DNA of 64,000 bases from an uncultured delta proteobacterium (GTDB lineage: Bacteria > Desulfobacterota > Desulfuromonadia > Geobacterales > DSM-12255). Both the position numbers and the translations under genes were made by a program. The notes below the pieces were generated by a model. The model did not search any database, was not told the DNA's origin, and was given only the letters and a program-made list of their open reading frames with translations. The stretch is from assembly GCA_963787125.1 (NCBI GenBank), contig CAWBBV010000011.1, forward strand, positions 248,243-312,242. Reading direction: 5' to 3'. Below are positions 1 through 10,928 of this stretch, one piece after another. Every line of letters starts with the position of its first letter. Position 1 is the stretch's first letter.

Positions 1-263
1 GCGAGTAACAGCAGCGGATGATCCATAGGGACACCCGGGGAGACCACGATCAACTCCGCCGCGAGGAAATCCGTCTCCTCATGTCGTCCGAGAACAAACC
101 TTACCCCAAGTCCGTCAAGTTCTGCCAGAACCTCGGCCAATGCAGTTTCGTCCCGCATATCGGTTGCGGTTACAGCTGCGCCTTGAGCCGCCAGCAATCG
201 GCAGCAGGCAACACCGGTTCGCGCCAGTCCCATGACAAGAATTTTTTTGCCTGAAACGTTCAA
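1..263 (-). CDS. murD: UDP-MurNAc-L-Ala--D-glutamate ligase, N-terminal part (runs off the window)
   Basis: Not in the ORF track. Manual translation from TTG at 263 gives [35 protein letters not shown]...[13 protein letters not shown], a typical MurD N-terminus; lies directly after mraY. Confidence 0.9.
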   Translation of the reverse strand, partial: MNVSGKKILVMGLARTGVACCRLLAAQGAAVTATDMRDETALAEVLAELDGLGVRFVLGRHEETDFLAAELIVVSPGVPMDHPLLLL

Positions 264-266
264 ATT

Positions 267-1343
267 CTACCTCAACTTCAGTGTCGATATCGCGACCAGC
301 GCCAGGATTATGGAGATTATCCAGAATCGGACAATGATCTTCGGCTCGGCAACACCCTTGAGTTCAAAATGGTGATGAATCGGCGCCATCCTGAAGATCC
401 GCTTGCCACGGTACTTATAGGAGCCGACCTGGAAGATTACCGACAGCGCTTCAACAACAAATACTCCGCCGACTATTACCAGCAGAATCTCCTGCTTGGT
501 CAACACAGCCAGCGTCCCGAGGCCGCCACCGAGGGAGAGAGAACCGACGTCCCCCATGAATACTTCGGCCGGATAAGAGTTGTACCAGAGGAAACCGAGT
601 CCGGCGCCCACCATGGCGCCGCAGAGGATGGCAAGCTCTCCGGTGCCGGCGACATAAGGCATTTGCAGATAGGTAGCAAGCTTGAAATTACCGGCAATAT
701 AGGCAAAGATCATATAGGTTGCCGCATTGATCGAAACCGGACCGATGGCAAGCCCATCGAGCCCGTCCGTCAGATTCACGGCATTGCTTGCCCCGACGAT
801 GACAAGTGTAACAAAAGGGATGTAGAACAGGCCAAGATCAGGGTGAAGTTTCTTGAAGAACGGGAAAAAGAGCTCTTCGGAAAACCCTGGCAGAGCGTAA
901 AGGACTATCCCTACAGCCGCAGCCATCAGCACCTGCCAGAACATTTTCTGCCGCGGGGTCAGTCCTTTGGGATCTTTCTCCACAACCTTCTTGTAATCGT
1001 CCACAAAACCGATAATCCCGTAGCCGCTGATAATGAAGAGCGCCAACCAGATATATTTGTTGGTCAAATCACTCCAGAGAAGCGTCGGAATGATAATGGA
1101 CGCCAGTATCAGCACTCCCCCCATGGTCGGAGTTCCCTGCTTCTTCAGATGGGACTCCGGCCCGTCGGTTCTGATCACCTGCCTTGCCTGCAAGCTTTCA
1201 AGCTTGCGAATCACCCAGGGGCCGATGATAAAGGCTACCAACAACGCCGTTATCATGGCATAGATAGTCCGGAAAGTCAGGTACTTGAATACATTGAAAA
1301 GTCTTATATCAGCTGCGAGTGGATATAAAAGATGATAAAGCAT
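267..1343 (-). CDS. mraY: Phospho-N-acetylmuramoyl-pentapeptide transferase
   Basis: [30 protein letters not shown] and MAPIHHHFE motifs; dcw context. Confidence 0.98.
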   Translation of the reverse strand: MLYHLLYPLAADIRLFNVFKYLTFRTIYAMITALLVAFIIGPWVIRKLESLQARQVIRTDGPESHLKKQGTPTMGGVLILASIIIPTLLWSDLTNKYIWLALFIISGYGIIGFVDDYKKVVEKDPKGLTPRQKMFWQVLMAAAVGIVLYALPGFSEELFFPFFKKLHPDLGLFYIPFVTLVIVGASNAVNLTDGLDGLAIGPVSINAATYMIFAYIAGNFKLATYLQMPYVAGTGELAILCGAMVGAGLGFLWYNSYPAEVFMGDVGSLSLGGGLGTLAVLTKQEILLVIVGGVFVVEALSVIFQVGSYKYRGKRIFRMAPIHHHFELKGVAEPKIIVRFWIISIILALVAISTLKLR

Positions 1344-2749
1344 CAGCTTCTCCCTCCGGTGTAATCCGCACCACTGAAAATCTCACGCAAAGAGGCTGCG
1401 ACTCTCTCCATCTTCATTCCTCGTGACCCTTTGACCAGAATGTAGTCTCCATCCAGATGGTCTTTAATAATATCCTGTAAAATCTCATCGTGGGAAGCAG
1501 CTAAAACAATCTCCCTTTCGGCCAGACCGGCTTCCAATGCAGCTTCAGCAACAATTCGCCCCATCTCGCCAAATAGATAGAGCCGGTCTACACAGGTTGC
1601 GGCCAGATGACCGACATCCCTGTGAGCGGGCAAGCCCTCCTCTCCCAGCTCAAGCATATCGCCAAGGACGGCAATGCCGCGGTTCTCCCCTTTTAAACCA
1701 TTTAAGGTCAAGAGGGCTGCGCCCGCAGAGGCCGGATTTGAGTTGTAGCTGTCATCAATCAGAACTATCGCTCCCAGATCAGCCAGTTTAAAGCGCTTGT
1801 CAAAAGGGGTGAAGGCTTCAAGTCCGGCAACTATCCTATCAAGAGGAATACCGAGTGAATCGGCTGCTGCGGCGGCGGCCAGAGCATTATAGATATTGTG
1901 CAGACCGAAAGCCGGGAGCAACAGACGAGCTGCTTGTTCGCCGATTTTCAGGGTGAAGCTCTGCCCCTGATTTCCGCGCGGCTTGATATCCAGTGCGGTT
2001 ATCTCCGCGCCGTGCAGTCCGAAACCGCGCCGTGAAACCCCTGGCGGAGTTTTGCAGGCCGAGATAAGCGCATCATCAGCATTATAGATGGCGGTCGCGC
2101 CTGTCGACAGCCGCAAGAACAGCTCACCCTTGGCTCTTGCTACTCCTGCCACGCTCCCCATACTGGCGAGATGGGCGGGGAAGGCATTAGTGATGATGCC
2201 GATCTGCGGCGCAGCTATCTCCGCCAGACGATCAATCTCACCGAATTCGCTCATCCCCATCTCGAACACCGCCCACTTGTAATCTCCTTTAAGCTGAAAG
2301 ACCATTTGGGGCAGACCGATCAGATTATTGAGATTGCCGGATGTTTTCAGCCCTTCACCAGTTGCAGTCAGAATGGCTGACAGCATCTCCTTGGTGGTTG
2401 TTTTGCCGTTGCTGCCGGTTATACCGATCACAGGCAACGAAAAGCGGCGTCGATACGCGCGGGCAAGATCGCCCAGTGCAACCAGAGTATCTGCTACCGA
2501 TATCAGGGTGACATCAGCAGTGAAGGCCAATGAGGCAACCCGGCTATCATTAATCAAGGCAACCGTAAGCCCTTTTTCAAACAGCCCGCCAAGGTAGTCA
2601 TGCCCATCAAAGCGCTCACCGCTCAGCGGCACAAATAGCTCCTCTGGAAGGGCAGTCCGTGAATCTGTAGAAACACCTGAAACCCGGCGCTCCCATGAGC
2701 CGTGAACTTTCCCACCGGTTGCAGCTGCTATTTCGCTAATACTGAACAT
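1343..2749 (-). CDS. murF: UDP-MurNAc-tripeptide--D-Ala-D-Ala ligase
   Basis: [30 protein letters not shown] and LVKGSRGM motifs. Confidence 0.97.
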   Translation of the reverse strand: MFSISEIAAATGGKVHGSWERRVSGVSTDSRTALPEELFVPLSGERFDGHDYLGGLFEKGLTVALINDSRVASLAFTADVTLISVADTLVALGDLARAYRRRFSLPVIGITGSNGKTTTKEMLSAILTATGEGLKTSGNLNNLIGLPQMVFQLKGDYKWAVFEMGMSEFGEIDRLAEIAAPQIGIITNAFPAHLASMGSVAGVARAKGELFLRLSTGATAIYNADDALISACKTPPGVSRRGFGLHGAEITALDIKPRGNQGQSFTLKIGEQAARLLLPAFGLHNIYNALAAAAAADSLGIPLDRIVAGLEAFTPFDKRFKLADLGAIVLIDDSYNSNPASAGAALLTLNGLKGENRGIAVLGDMLELGEEGLPAHRDVGHLAATCVDRLYLFGEMGRIVAEAALEAGLAEREIVLAASHDEILQDIIKDHLDGDYILVKGSRGMKMERVAASLREIFSGADYTGGRS

Positions 2750-4269
2750 TAACCCAAACCCCTTAACGCTGCTGCCGCTTCTTCCCGGTCATCAAAGTGA
2801 TGCTTTGTCGTGCCGATGATCTGGTAGTCTTCATGCCCTTTGCCGGCTAAAAGGAGGATATCTCCCGGCCTTGCCAGACTTGCTGCGAGACGGATAGCTT
2901 CACGCCGGTTTTCGCAGACAATAAACCCTTTTTTTGTAATACCGCCGCCAAGCTGTGCCAGTGAATATTCGTGACCCCCACGAGGAATTATCCCCGCCCT
3001 TATCTGTGCGAGGATTGCAGCAGGATCTTCCGTTCTGGGATTATCCGAGGTAACCACGGCAAGATCAGACCACTTGGCCGCTATCGCCCCCATTATCGGG
3101 CGCTTACCGTTATCGCGATCACCACCGCAGCCAAAGACTGTAATAATTCTTTCTGTTGCGATTTCCTTGAGTGTCAAAAGGACATTCTCAAGAGCGTCAC
3201 CGGTATGGGCATAGTCCACCAGACATATGACACCTCGATTATTTTCAACCAGTTCAAGCCTGCCGGGAATCGGCAGATGCTCCTCTATCCCGGTTTTTAT
3301 GGCTGGCAAAGGCAGGTCGAGCGCGACTCCTGCCGCAACTGCTGCCAGAATATTGGATAAGTTGAATCTCCCCAGAAGCTTCGAGGAGAATGAAAATCCG
3401 CCTTTTGGGGTCTGAATGGTGCCACTGATGCCGTTAACCGAAATGCTCAAGTCAACGCCATGCACATCGTTTGCGGCCGAGGTCCCATAGGTTATCACCG
3501 GACAGACCGCACACGCTCTGATTTCAGCACCGTAAGGGTCATCCATGTTTACGGCGGCGCGCCGTACCGGTTTCAGCTGATCAGGTTTGAGCAGTTCCGC
3601 AAAAAGTCGCTCTTTTGCCTTTAGATACTCCACCATACTGCCGTGATAGTCGAGGTGGTCGCGGGTCAGGTTGCTGAATATGCCTACGTCAAAATGACAG
3701 CCATCAACTCTTTTCTGCTCCAGCGAGTGGGAAGAGACCTCCATTACAAAGGACTTTGCGCCCACATCAGCCAGCTTTCTCAGCGCCGCCTGCAGGTCGG
3801 TTGATTCAGGGGTTGTATGGGTTGATTCGATATGAAAGTCGCCGCAGCGGTAGCTGATAGTGCCCAGCACGGCTGCTGGGAGTCCGGCTGCCGCCAGCAC
3901 TCCTTCGAGCAGATACGTTGTTGTGGTTTTACCGTTTGTCCCGGTAATGCCTATCAGCGGCGCTGAAGCGGTCGGATCGCCATAAAATACCGCCGCCGCC
4001 TTTGCCATGGCAAGCCTTGTGTCAGCAGTCTTGACCGTCACAGCCCCGGGAGTAATTGCGCCGTCAGCTTCCACAACCAGAGCAACAGCCCCGTTGATTA
4101 AAGCTGACGGAATAAAAGCATGCCCGTCAACTGACGCCCCTTTCAGGGCAAAAAAGAGCCCGCCAGGCTTTACCGTGCGGGAGTCGTAATGAATTCCGGA
4201 GATTTCAGGATCGGAACTGCCGTTAATCTTCTCGTATTTAATGGACTGCAGCAGTTCGGATAGTTTCAT
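2749..4269 (-). CDS. murE: UDP-MurNAc-dipeptide--meso-diaminopimelate ligase
   Basis: GITGTNGKTT, HTTPE, MEVSSH, VDYAHT, SDNPR (DAP-type) and AGKGHEDYQ motifs. Confidence 0.97.
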   Translation of the reverse strand: MKLSELLQSIKYEKINGSSDPEISGIHYDSRTVKPGGLFFALKGASVDGHAFIPSALINGAVALVVEADGAITPGAVTVKTADTRLAMAKAAAVFYGDPTASAPLIGITGTNGKTTTTYLLEGVLAAAGLPAAVLGTISYRCGDFHIESTHTTPESTDLQAALRKLADVGAKSFVMEVSSHSLEQKRVDGCHFDVGIFSNLTRDHLDYHGSMVEYLKAKERLFAELLKPDQLKPVRRAAVNMDDPYGAEIRACAVCPVITYGTSAANDVHGVDLSISVNGISGTIQTPKGGFSFSSKLLGRFNLSNILAAVAAGVALDLPLPAIKTGIEEHLPIPGRLELVENNRGVICLVDYAHTGDALENVLLTLKEIATERIITVFGCGGDRDNGKRPIMGAIAAKWSDLAVVTSDNPRTEDPAAILAQIRAGIIPRGGHEYSLAQLGGGITKKGFIVCENRREAIRLAASLARPGDILLLAGKGHEDYQIIGTTKHHFDDREEAAAALRGLG

Positions 4270-4290
4270 GTCTTCAACCTTTTTATTTTT

Positions 4291-6273
4291 TCATGCCGAT
4301 GGTGCCAACCTGACCCAGACGGGATCGGTGGGGTTTATTTTCCTTCCTGGCGGCGGACTCTGTTCAATGACTCTGCCGCTGCCTATCAGGCGGATGTTCA
4401 GCCCTTTCTTCTCCATCTGCTGAAGGACTTGCCGCATACTCATCCCGCGGTAATTTGCCATTAACAGCCCGCCGGCCTGCTGGTTCTCCTGAGTAACCTC
4501 TTCCTCTTCCTCGGCAGCAATTGCAATCTTCGGCGCCTCTTTCTTTACTTCTATAACGCCAGGCTTCTTTTTAAGCGGCTGATTGGGAGAAACCCGCAAA
4601 TAGCAAAGACTCTGCCTGGCTATGGCACTAAAAGCAGGCGCTGCTACCACCCCGCCGTAAGAGCTTGTTCTCGGCTCGTCCACAACCACAATAATCGCCA
4701 GCCTCGGCTTATCCGAAGGGATAAAGCCGGCAAATGAGGCTGTCCGCTTGTCCAGTGAATACCCCTTTGTCACCGGGTCTGCCTTCTGGGCCGTACCGGT
4801 CTTCCCGGCGACCTTGAAACCATCGACAGATGCGGCTGTGCCTGTACCGCCTTCGGCAACAACCCCTTCCATAATTCTCGCCATAATTGCAGCAGTTTCC
4901 GGCGAAATAACCTTCTGTTTGCTTACCGGTGAGAACTGCTTAACAGGGTTCCCTTTGGCATCTATGACTTTATCCACCACGTATGGCTGCATCAGGGTTC
5001 CGCCGTTAGCTATGGCAGACATGGCGGATACCAGTTGCAGAGCACTGATAGAGATACCCTGACCGAATGAGATCGTTGCAAGGTCAACTCCGTACCATTG
5101 ACTTTTACTCCGCAAATAACCTGAAACTTCTCCAGGGAGGTCAATATTGCTCTTTACGCCGAAACCGAAGCCACGTAAATAGCTGTAAAGTCTCTCCGGT
5201 CCTAGCCGCGCACCGATCTTGGCAGCACCGATATTGCTGGAATATTTGAGAACTTCCGCCACTGACAAGCGTCCGTATCTGTGGGTATCATGGATAGTCC
5301 GACCGCCAATATTGTAACTGCCGTTTTCACAGTTGAAGGCGTCATCTGCCTTTACAGCCTTTTCTTCCAACGCTGCAGCAATGAGAAACACCTTCATTGT
5401 AGACCCTGGTTCAAAGCTGTCGGTTATCGCCCTGTTTCTGAGTGCTTGCGGTGAAAACTTCCCGAACGAATTAGGATTAAAAGTCGGGTAGTTCGCCATA
5501 GCCAGCACTTTGCCGGAGGACGGGTCCATAACTACGGCAACTCCGCCTTTTGCCTTACTGGACTCAACTGCTGCAGCCAACTCCTTCTCGGCTATGTACT
5601 GAATGTTTTTGTCTATCGTCAAGACAAGATTTTGTCCGGTAGAGGCATTCTTGGTCATCATGCCGCGGGTGCCGATATCCCGGCCAAGAGCATCGCGCTC
5701 AGTTACCATAAAGCCGGTGTTGCCTAGCAAAGTGCTGTCAAACTTCCGTTCGACACCTTCCAGACCTTCGGGGTCAAGACCGGTAAAGCCGATAACATGA
5801 CTACCTATCTCGGCATTTGGATAAAAACGCTTCGGCTCTTTGATAAAGCCGATGCCATCTATTTCCAGTTTCCTGATCTGTGCTGCGACTTCCGGAGTAA
5901 GCCGGCGAGCCAGCCAGACAAACCCCTTGCTCCCTTTCAGCTTCTTCTCAAGGAGCTCTTTACTGCTGCCAAGAAGGGGCGCAAGCTGGGCTGCGGCTGC
6001 GGCGAGATCATCCATATTGCGAGGTTCGGCAAAGAGTGAATCCATCTCTATTGATACTGCCAGAGCTGAATTGGTGGCGTCGTAAATTGCTCCACGGGAT
6101 GGGGTAAGCTGAACGACTTTAAGATGCTGCTTTTCCGCTAAATGGGCAAAGCGCTCCTGCTCGTATATCTGTAGATAAAACGCCCGTGCAACGGAAACGG
6201 ATAGTAGCAGGATAAATATTCCACCGATAAAGCGGATCCTGTACCGCGTCCATTTGTCCCGATCATCCCTCAC
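4291..6273 (-). CDS. ftsI: Class B penicillin-binding protein (PBP3) with C-terminal PASTA-like domain
   Basis: N-terminal TM segment; EPGSTMK (SxxK), SSN and KTGTAQK motifs; dcw position. Confidence 0.95.
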   Translation of the reverse strand: MRDDRDKWTRYRIRFIGGIFILLLSVSVARAFYLQIYEQERFAHLAEKQHLKVVQLTPSRGAIYDATNSALAVSIEMDSLFAEPRNMDDLAAAAAQLAPLLGSSKELLEKKLKGSKGFVWLARRLTPEVAAQIRKLEIDGIGFIKEPKRFYPNAEIGSHVIGFTGLDPEGLEGVERKFDSTLLGNTGFMVTERDALGRDIGTRGMMTKNASTGQNLVLTIDKNIQYIAEKELAAAVESSKAKGGVAVVMDPSSGKVLAMANYPTFNPNSFGKFSPQALRNRAITDSFEPGSTMKVFLIAAALEEKAVKADDAFNCENGSYNIGGRTIHDTHRYGRLSVAEVLKYSSNIGAAKIGARLGPERLYSYLRGFGFGVKSNIDLPGEVSGYLRSKSQWYGVDLATISFGQGISISALQLVSAMSAIANGGTLMQPYVVDKVIDAKGNPVKQFSPVSKQKVISPETAAIMARIMEGVVAEGGTGTAASVDGFKVAGKTGTAQKADPVTKGYSLDKRTASFAGFIPSDKPRLAIIVVVDEPRTSSYGGVVAAPAFSAIARQSLCYLRVSPNQPLKKKPGVIEVKKEAPKIAIAAEEEEEVTQENQQAGGLLMANYRGMSMRQVLQQMEKKGLNIRLIGSGRVIEQSPPPGRKINPTDPVWVRLAPSA

Positions 6274-6608
6274 TTTACCTGCACCACCTGCTGCTCGGTT
6301 GGTAACGACATCCCCAGTTCACCTTTTGCCAGTGTTTCTATCCGTGCCGGCATCTTCAGCGAGGCAACTTCCAGCTTTAATCGCCCCTGCTCCTGCTCCT
6401 GGCTCTTGAGTTCGCGGCGCAACTCACCGACCTTGAGATTAAGATCCATCACCTTGACCCGTGACCAGACATGGAAAACTGAGACAGTGGTAACTATAAC
6501 AATGATCCCGATTATGTAGACAAGGAGATCATTCTTTTCCTCATTAGCTGCGGCATCAAAGCGTCTCGGATCTGCTACCTTGTCCATTGTTGCCCGAATA
6601 TTTGCCAT
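6270..6608 (-). CDS. ftsL: Cell division protein FtsL
   Basis: Single TM, coiled coil, RIETLAKGELGM motif; lies between rsmH and ftsI. Confidence 0.88.
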   Translation of the reverse strand: MANIRATMDKVADPRRFDAAANEEKNDLLVYIIGIIVIVTTVSVFHVWSRVKVMDLNLKVGELRRELKSQEQEQGRLKLEVASLKMPARIETLAKGELGMSLPTEQQVVQVK

Positions 6609-6620
6609 AGCTCCCTCCGG

Positions 6621-7559
6621 CTAAAGTTTTTCTACTGCGCGCAGCTTTGCACTTCTTGACCGCGGGTTATTTGCCAGCTCCTCGGCTCCAGCCATAACCG
6701 GTTTTCCCGTAAGAATCCTGACCTCCGGTTTGTGGTTACAAACGCAAACCGGAAAACCTTTGGGGCAGACACATCCGGCAGACATACCGCGAAACATCTG
6801 TTTTACAATTCTGTCTTCGAGGGAGTGGAAAGAGATCACAACTCCGCGACCACCCGGTTTTAGTAGCTTCACTGCTGCTGTCAGCCCTTTTTCAAGACTT
6901 GCGAGTTCATCGTTGACCGCGATTCTAAGACCCTGAAATGTCCGGGTAGCCGGATGTAACCGCTCTTCCCAGGCGTTGCGCGGGATGGCGCCCTTTATCA
7001 GCTCGGCTAACTGAAAGGTTGTCTCGATAGGACTTTCTTCTCTCGCTTTACAGATAAACGCCGCAATTCTGCCTGCCCAGCGCTCTTCACCATAATCTCT
7101 TATTATCTTTGCCAACTCGCCGTGCGACAACTCTGCAAGCAGTTCCGCAGCGCTTGGGCTGTTCTCCCGATCCATCCGCATGTCCAGAGGAGCATCCTTT
7201 TGAAAACTAAAGCCGCGCTCTGCCGTATCGAGCTGATGCGATGAAACCCCCAAGTCAAGCAGGAAGCCGTCTATGCCGGTAACGCCGTATTCAGCAAGCG
7301 CAGCTTCCATCTCGGAAAAATTACTGTTTACCGCGATGAAACCAGAACCGAAAGCCGCCAGTGAAACGGTTGCAGCCTGGATAGCAGCAAGGTCACGATC
7401 AAAGCCGTAGAGGCTGCCGTTTACCCCGGCGGCCTCAAGGATAAGGGCTGAATGACCGCCACCGCCGAGAGTTCCGTCAACATAGGTACCTGAACTAACA
7501 GGGGCCAGATATTTCATCACCTCAGCCGGCAATACCGGAATATGACTGAAAGTAGCCAC
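6621..7559 (-). CDS. rsmH: 16S rRNA m4C1402 methyltransferase
   Basis: [34 protein letters not shown] and [10 protein letters not shown] motifs. Confidence 0.98.
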   Translation of the reverse strand: MATFSHIPVLPAEVMKYLAPVSSGTYVDGTLGGGGHSALILEAAGVNGSLYGFDRDLAAIQAATVSLAAFGSGFIAVNSNFSEMEAALAEYGVTGIDGFLLDLGVSSHQLDTAERGFSFQKDAPLDMRMDRENSPSAAELLAELSHGELAKIIRDYGEERWAGRIAAFICKAREESPIETTFQLAELIKGAIPRNAWEERLHPATRTFQGLRIAVNDELASLEKGLTAAVKLLKPGGRGVVISFHSLEDRIVKQMFRGMSAGCVCPKGFPVCVCNHKPEVRILTGKPVMAGAEELANNPRSRSAKLRAVEKL

Positions 7560-8041
7560 TAAAGTCCCAGTTCCGCGGCAGCTTCACTCCCGGAAGGGAA
7601 GTTTCTGATATTCTGCACCTGAACCTTCTCCCATTCGCTCTGACTCCAGATTTTTATCTTATCCATCGCCGCGACAAAGAGAACATCGCGTTCAAGCGCA
7701 GCATTTTTCCTTAAGTGAGGAGGCACAAGGAATCTGCCAAGCTTATCGACCGAAAGCTCCACCGCCGGATTGATGATAATATTGATGATGCTTTCCCTCT
7801 GGGCAGGAGTGAGTCCACGGCTGTCCTGGAATCTCTCCTCAAAGAGCGAAAACTCTTTATGAGGGAAGATAAGGAGGCCGGAACTGTGAATTCCACCGCC
7901 AAGATCGACTGGTGAGGAGTTGGTAAGAAAGAAACGGTCATCGCCAAAGCTCTCGACGAGAATCTCCCGAAACCTTGCCGGCAGGCTGGTACGCCCCTTG
8001 CCATCTATGGTTGTCGGATAAACTCCTCTAAACTTTGCCAC
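7559..8041 (-). CDS. mraZ: Division/cell wall cluster transcriptional repressor MraZ
   Basis: [22 protein letters not shown] and DKLGRFLVP (two AbrB-like repeats). Start placed at GTG 8041 because the upstream extension of the ORF is the operator repeat. Confidence 0.93.
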   Translation of the reverse strand: MAKFRGVYPTTIDGKGRTSLPARFREILVESFGDDRFFLTNSSPVDLGGGIHSSGLLIFPHKEFSLFEERFQDSRGLTPAQRESIINIIINPAVELSVDKLGRFLVPPHLRKNAALERDVLFVAAMDKIKIWSQSEWEKVQVQNIRNFPSGSEAAAELGL

Positions 8042-8071
8042 TCTTAGCCACCATTTCCCACTATTTTCCAC
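8038..8071 (-). promoter_or_regulatory. MraZ operator: four GTGG direct repeats at 10-bp spacing
   Basis: On the + strand CCAC occurs at 8038, 8048, 8058 and 8068. MraZ is known to bind phased GTGG/TGGG repeats in its own promoter. Confidence 0.8.
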
Positions 8072-8165
8072 TTCGTGGGAAAACTATAAAGGGGGTCAAT
8101 GTAGCTGTCAAGTTAAAATGCCGGTTTGTTAAAGCTTTTTACAAAAAATGAGAAGCGCTTCGGAC

Positions 8166-8204
8166 AAAAAAGAAACGGGCCCTTTTTTGTAAAAGGCCCG
8201 TTTC
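8166..8204 (-). terminator. Intrinsic terminator
   Basis: GAAACGGGCC...GGCCCGTTTC stem with an A run on + (U tail on -), downstream of the 8239 gene. Confidence 0.7.
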
Positions 8205-8238
8205 CAGATAGCGCTATAAATGGTATTTATTAATGAGG

Positions 8239-8589
8239 CTATTTTTTCTTTTTTCGATCCAGCAGAGAGACGACTTTAGGTCGCTCCGTTTCACTGCCCC
8301 CTGTTGCATTTGCAGCCGGCGTAACCTGAGTTGTTGCTTCTGCTTCGCGATGAATTACGGGAGATTCAATCTTCTCCAGCAACAGCGGCGTCCCCCCCAT
8401 TGTAAAAGAGGCACCGTCAATCTGGCTCTCATCAAGTATCCATGTGTAGACCTGCAGAGGAAAAGTCAGCACCAGCAGTTTAACCACCCACCAGCCTCTT
8501 TTAACATCAGGAGAAATGTCATCGATTCTGGCATAAAATCCGGGTTTATTGTCAACATGCACTAGTACAAGATCGTTTATTGTCGCCAT
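8239..8589 (-). CDS. Hypothetical protein
   Basis: ORF with GAGGA RBS before ATG 8589 (MATINDLVLVHVDNKPGFYARI); protein-like composition; no function recognised. Confidence 0.75.
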   Translation of the reverse strand: MATINDLVLVHVDNKPGFYARIDDISPDVKRGWWVVKLLVLTFPLQVYTWILDESQIDGASFTMGGTPLLLEKIESPVIHREAEATTQVTPAANATGGSETERPKVVSLLDRKKKK

Positions 8590-8599
8590 AATATCCTCA

Positions 8600-9142
8600 T
8601 TAACTTTTGACGTTGAAAAGCGAAGCGCCTGAATCAAGCGCTCTTTGGTAAGTAATCAGAAGTCCGTTAGCAAAGCGGTTGCCAAGCAACTGCTCGAACT
8701 CTTCGTAAAGCTGTCGAAGTCTCACTTCAATCAGGGCAAGCTCTTCCTTGCCCTGCCTGTTCAAACAGTTTTCCAATAAGTCGCAAATAAAGATCACGCA
8801 GTTGAACGGGCGGAAAGCAGGTGTCATCAGGCAACTGCAGCCGCCAATATAGGGGCAGACTGGATTTTCGAAAGAAGGTTTGAAAAGCTCTTGTCCGGTT
8901 GACAGGTATGCTATCAAGTCAACTGCTGTGAAATGATGCTTGCCGAAGCGGCAGCAGAGCCCAGCGCACTCCGAACATAACCGCTCAGCGTCAGACAGGG
9001 TGATTAAAGTCTGGTGAGCGACCTTCAATGTTCTGATTTCAGCGGAAAGTACGGAAAGTTTCTGTTTAAGAGCCGACGGCAGAGCGTTGTAGTCAATTTT
9101 GACTTGCTCCAGCGCGGCAGACCATAACTGCAAATCCGTCAC
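8600..9142 (-). CDS. Cysteine-cluster protein (YkgJ-like Zn/Fe-S)
   Basis: CSECAGLCC...CPY...C...RPFNC pattern. Confidence 0.65.
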   Translation of the reverse strand: MTDLQLWSAALEQVKIDYNALPSALKQKLSVLSAEIRTLKVAHQTLITLSDAERLCSECAGLCCRFGKHHFTAVDLIAYLSTGQELFKPSFENPVCPYIGGCSCLMTPAFRPFNCVIFICDLLENCLNRQGKEELALIEVRLRQLYEEFEQLLGNRFANGLLITYQRALDSGASLFNVKS

Positions 9143-9284
9143 TGTTTCTCCATCTATACATTTGGTAAGGACGCAGCCAAATTGATAAAATGAGTTTTAA
9201 AAGAGGTGCTTGCCATAACCTTAAAAGCTCTGTTTTGACAAAGGGTTTAACTGATAAACCGTTCTAAACTCCTGATATAACACT

Positions 9285-9315
9285 GTTCAACACAAAGATA
9301 TTCTTTGTGTTGAAC
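9285..9315. repeat. Perfect 14-bp inverted repeat with 3-nt spacer
   Basis: GTTCAACACAAAGA-TAT-TCTTTGTGTTGAAC in a divergent intergenic region. Confidence 0.85.
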
Positions 9316-9462
9316 GTCAAGTATGCACATATTTTTTAAATGTGGCAATATTCAATGCGCGCCCCTTCATTGACACAAACAGAAAATTTTCCTATACTGG
9401 CGACTTCCTGTTCCCGGATGCGTGTGACAAAACCAGGCACCACAACCGACAAAGGACTCAAC

Positions 9463-10893
9463 ATGCCTATATTCAAAACTCTTTTACTCTTAATCATACT
9501 GCCGGTATCGCTATCGGCAGCCACTGCGCCATCCCCTCTGCTGAAAGAATTCACTGAACCGGTCAAGCTGCAGGGAAAAACTGTTTCTTCAGCTTCGCTT
9601 TCCCTGGAAAGATCTCTTGACCTTCCTGAAGCTGATCTTTTTGAGACAGATGCTGGACCTGCCGCCAACATCGACGTTTCGCTCCTGAATGAAGCACTCC
9701 CTGACTCTGACATCCCTCTCACTTTGAACAGCAAGGTCAACTATTTCATCAATTTCTTTCAGTACAGAGGTCACGGTTCTTTTGCTAAATGGTTATCTCG
9801 TTCAGAACGCTATATTCCGATCATGAAAGAGATCCTGCGCAAAGAGGGGATGCCGGAGGATCTGGTTTATCTTGCCATGATCGAGAGCGGCTTTACTCCC
9901 CATGCCGTATCAGTGGCAAATGCAGTCGGTCCATGGCAGTTTATATCCGGGACAGGGAAACGTTATGACCTGAAAATAAATGACTGGATCGATGAGCGCC
10001 GTGATCCGATCAAATCGACTGTTGCCGCAGCTCTCTACCTTAAAGAGCTGTATGCCATGTTTAACAACGACTGGTATCTTGCCGCAGCAGGCTACAATGC
10101 CGGAGAAAACAAGATCCTGCGGGCAATAAACATGTACGAAACCAGGGATTTCTGGGAGATCTCCAAAGGATCCTATCTAAAGAAAGAGACCAAGGATTAC
10201 GTTCCCAAGCTCCTCGCTGCAGCGATTATTGCTAAAGAGCCGGCAAAATATGGTTTTGCGGATGTTGCCTACCTGCCGGCGATGGATCTGGATACGGTTG
10301 AAATCCAGTCAAGGACAGACCTTGACCTGGTGGCAAAAATAACCGATGTTTCCTATCAAGCTCTCAAAGAACTCAACCCTGAGCTGCGCCGATGGTGTAC
10401 CCCTCCCAACTACCCCAAGTATCTATTAAAACTGCCTAAAGGGAAAAAAGAGCACTTCATTGCCGAATACGCAAAGGTTCCGGAAGATCAGCGCTACACC
10501 GAAAGGATTGCCTATAGCCACTATAAAGCCAAAAAACAGGATACCATGCAATCTGTTGCCGCCCGTTTCAGCACCACACCTGAACGGATTGCAGAGCTCA
10601 ATCACCTTAAAACCAATTCGAAACTTCGCGGCAAGTCTCTCCTTGTACCGGTACAGAGTTCGGTATCCATGAAACCTGCCCACAAAAGCGAGCCTGAGCA
10701 GGCAGCTTTAACCGGAGGAGAGGAAAACCGCTACTATACTGTCAAAAAGGGTGATACCCTGTACTCCTTGGCAAAAAGGTTCAAGGTAACAACTACAATC
10801 CTCTCCGCCTGGAACAATCTGACCGAAAAAATGACTCTAAAGCCGGGCAAAAGAATAATCGTCGCCAAATACTCAAACAAAGATAACGGATAA
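9463..10893 (+). CDS. mltD: Lytic murein transglycosylase D-like (SLT plus two LysM domains)
   Basis: LAMIESG, AVGPWQF, AGYNAGE and ETKDYVPK motifs; LysM YTVKKGDTLYSLAKRF; AAGGA RBS and a signal peptide at ATG 9463. Confidence 0.9.
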   Translation: MPIFKTLLLLIILPVSLSAATAPSPLLKEFTEPVKLQGKTVSSASLSLERSLDLPEADLFETDAGPAANIDVSLLNEALPDSDIPLTLNSKVNYFINFFQYRGHGSFAKWLSRSERYIPIMKEILRKEGMPEDLVYLAMIESGFTPHAVSVANAVGPWQFISGTGKRYDLKINDWIDERRDPIKSTVAAALYLKELYAMFNNDWYLAAAGYNAGENKILRAINMYETRDFWEISKGSYLKKETKDYVPKLLAAAIIAKEPAKYGFADVAYLPAMDLDTVEIQSRTDLDLVAKITDVSYQALKELNPELRRWCTPPNYPKYLLKLPKGKKEHFIAEYAKVPEDQRYTERIAYSHYKAKKQDTMQSVAARFSTTPERIAELNHLKTNSKLRGKSLLVPVQSSVSMKPAHKSEPEQAALTGGEENRYYTVKKGDTLYSLAKRFKVTTTILSAWNNLTEKMTLKPGKRIIVAKYSNKDNG

Positions 10894-10928
10894 CTGCTAC
10901 TGCAGCTTATCAAAAAGGATCTCGCTTA

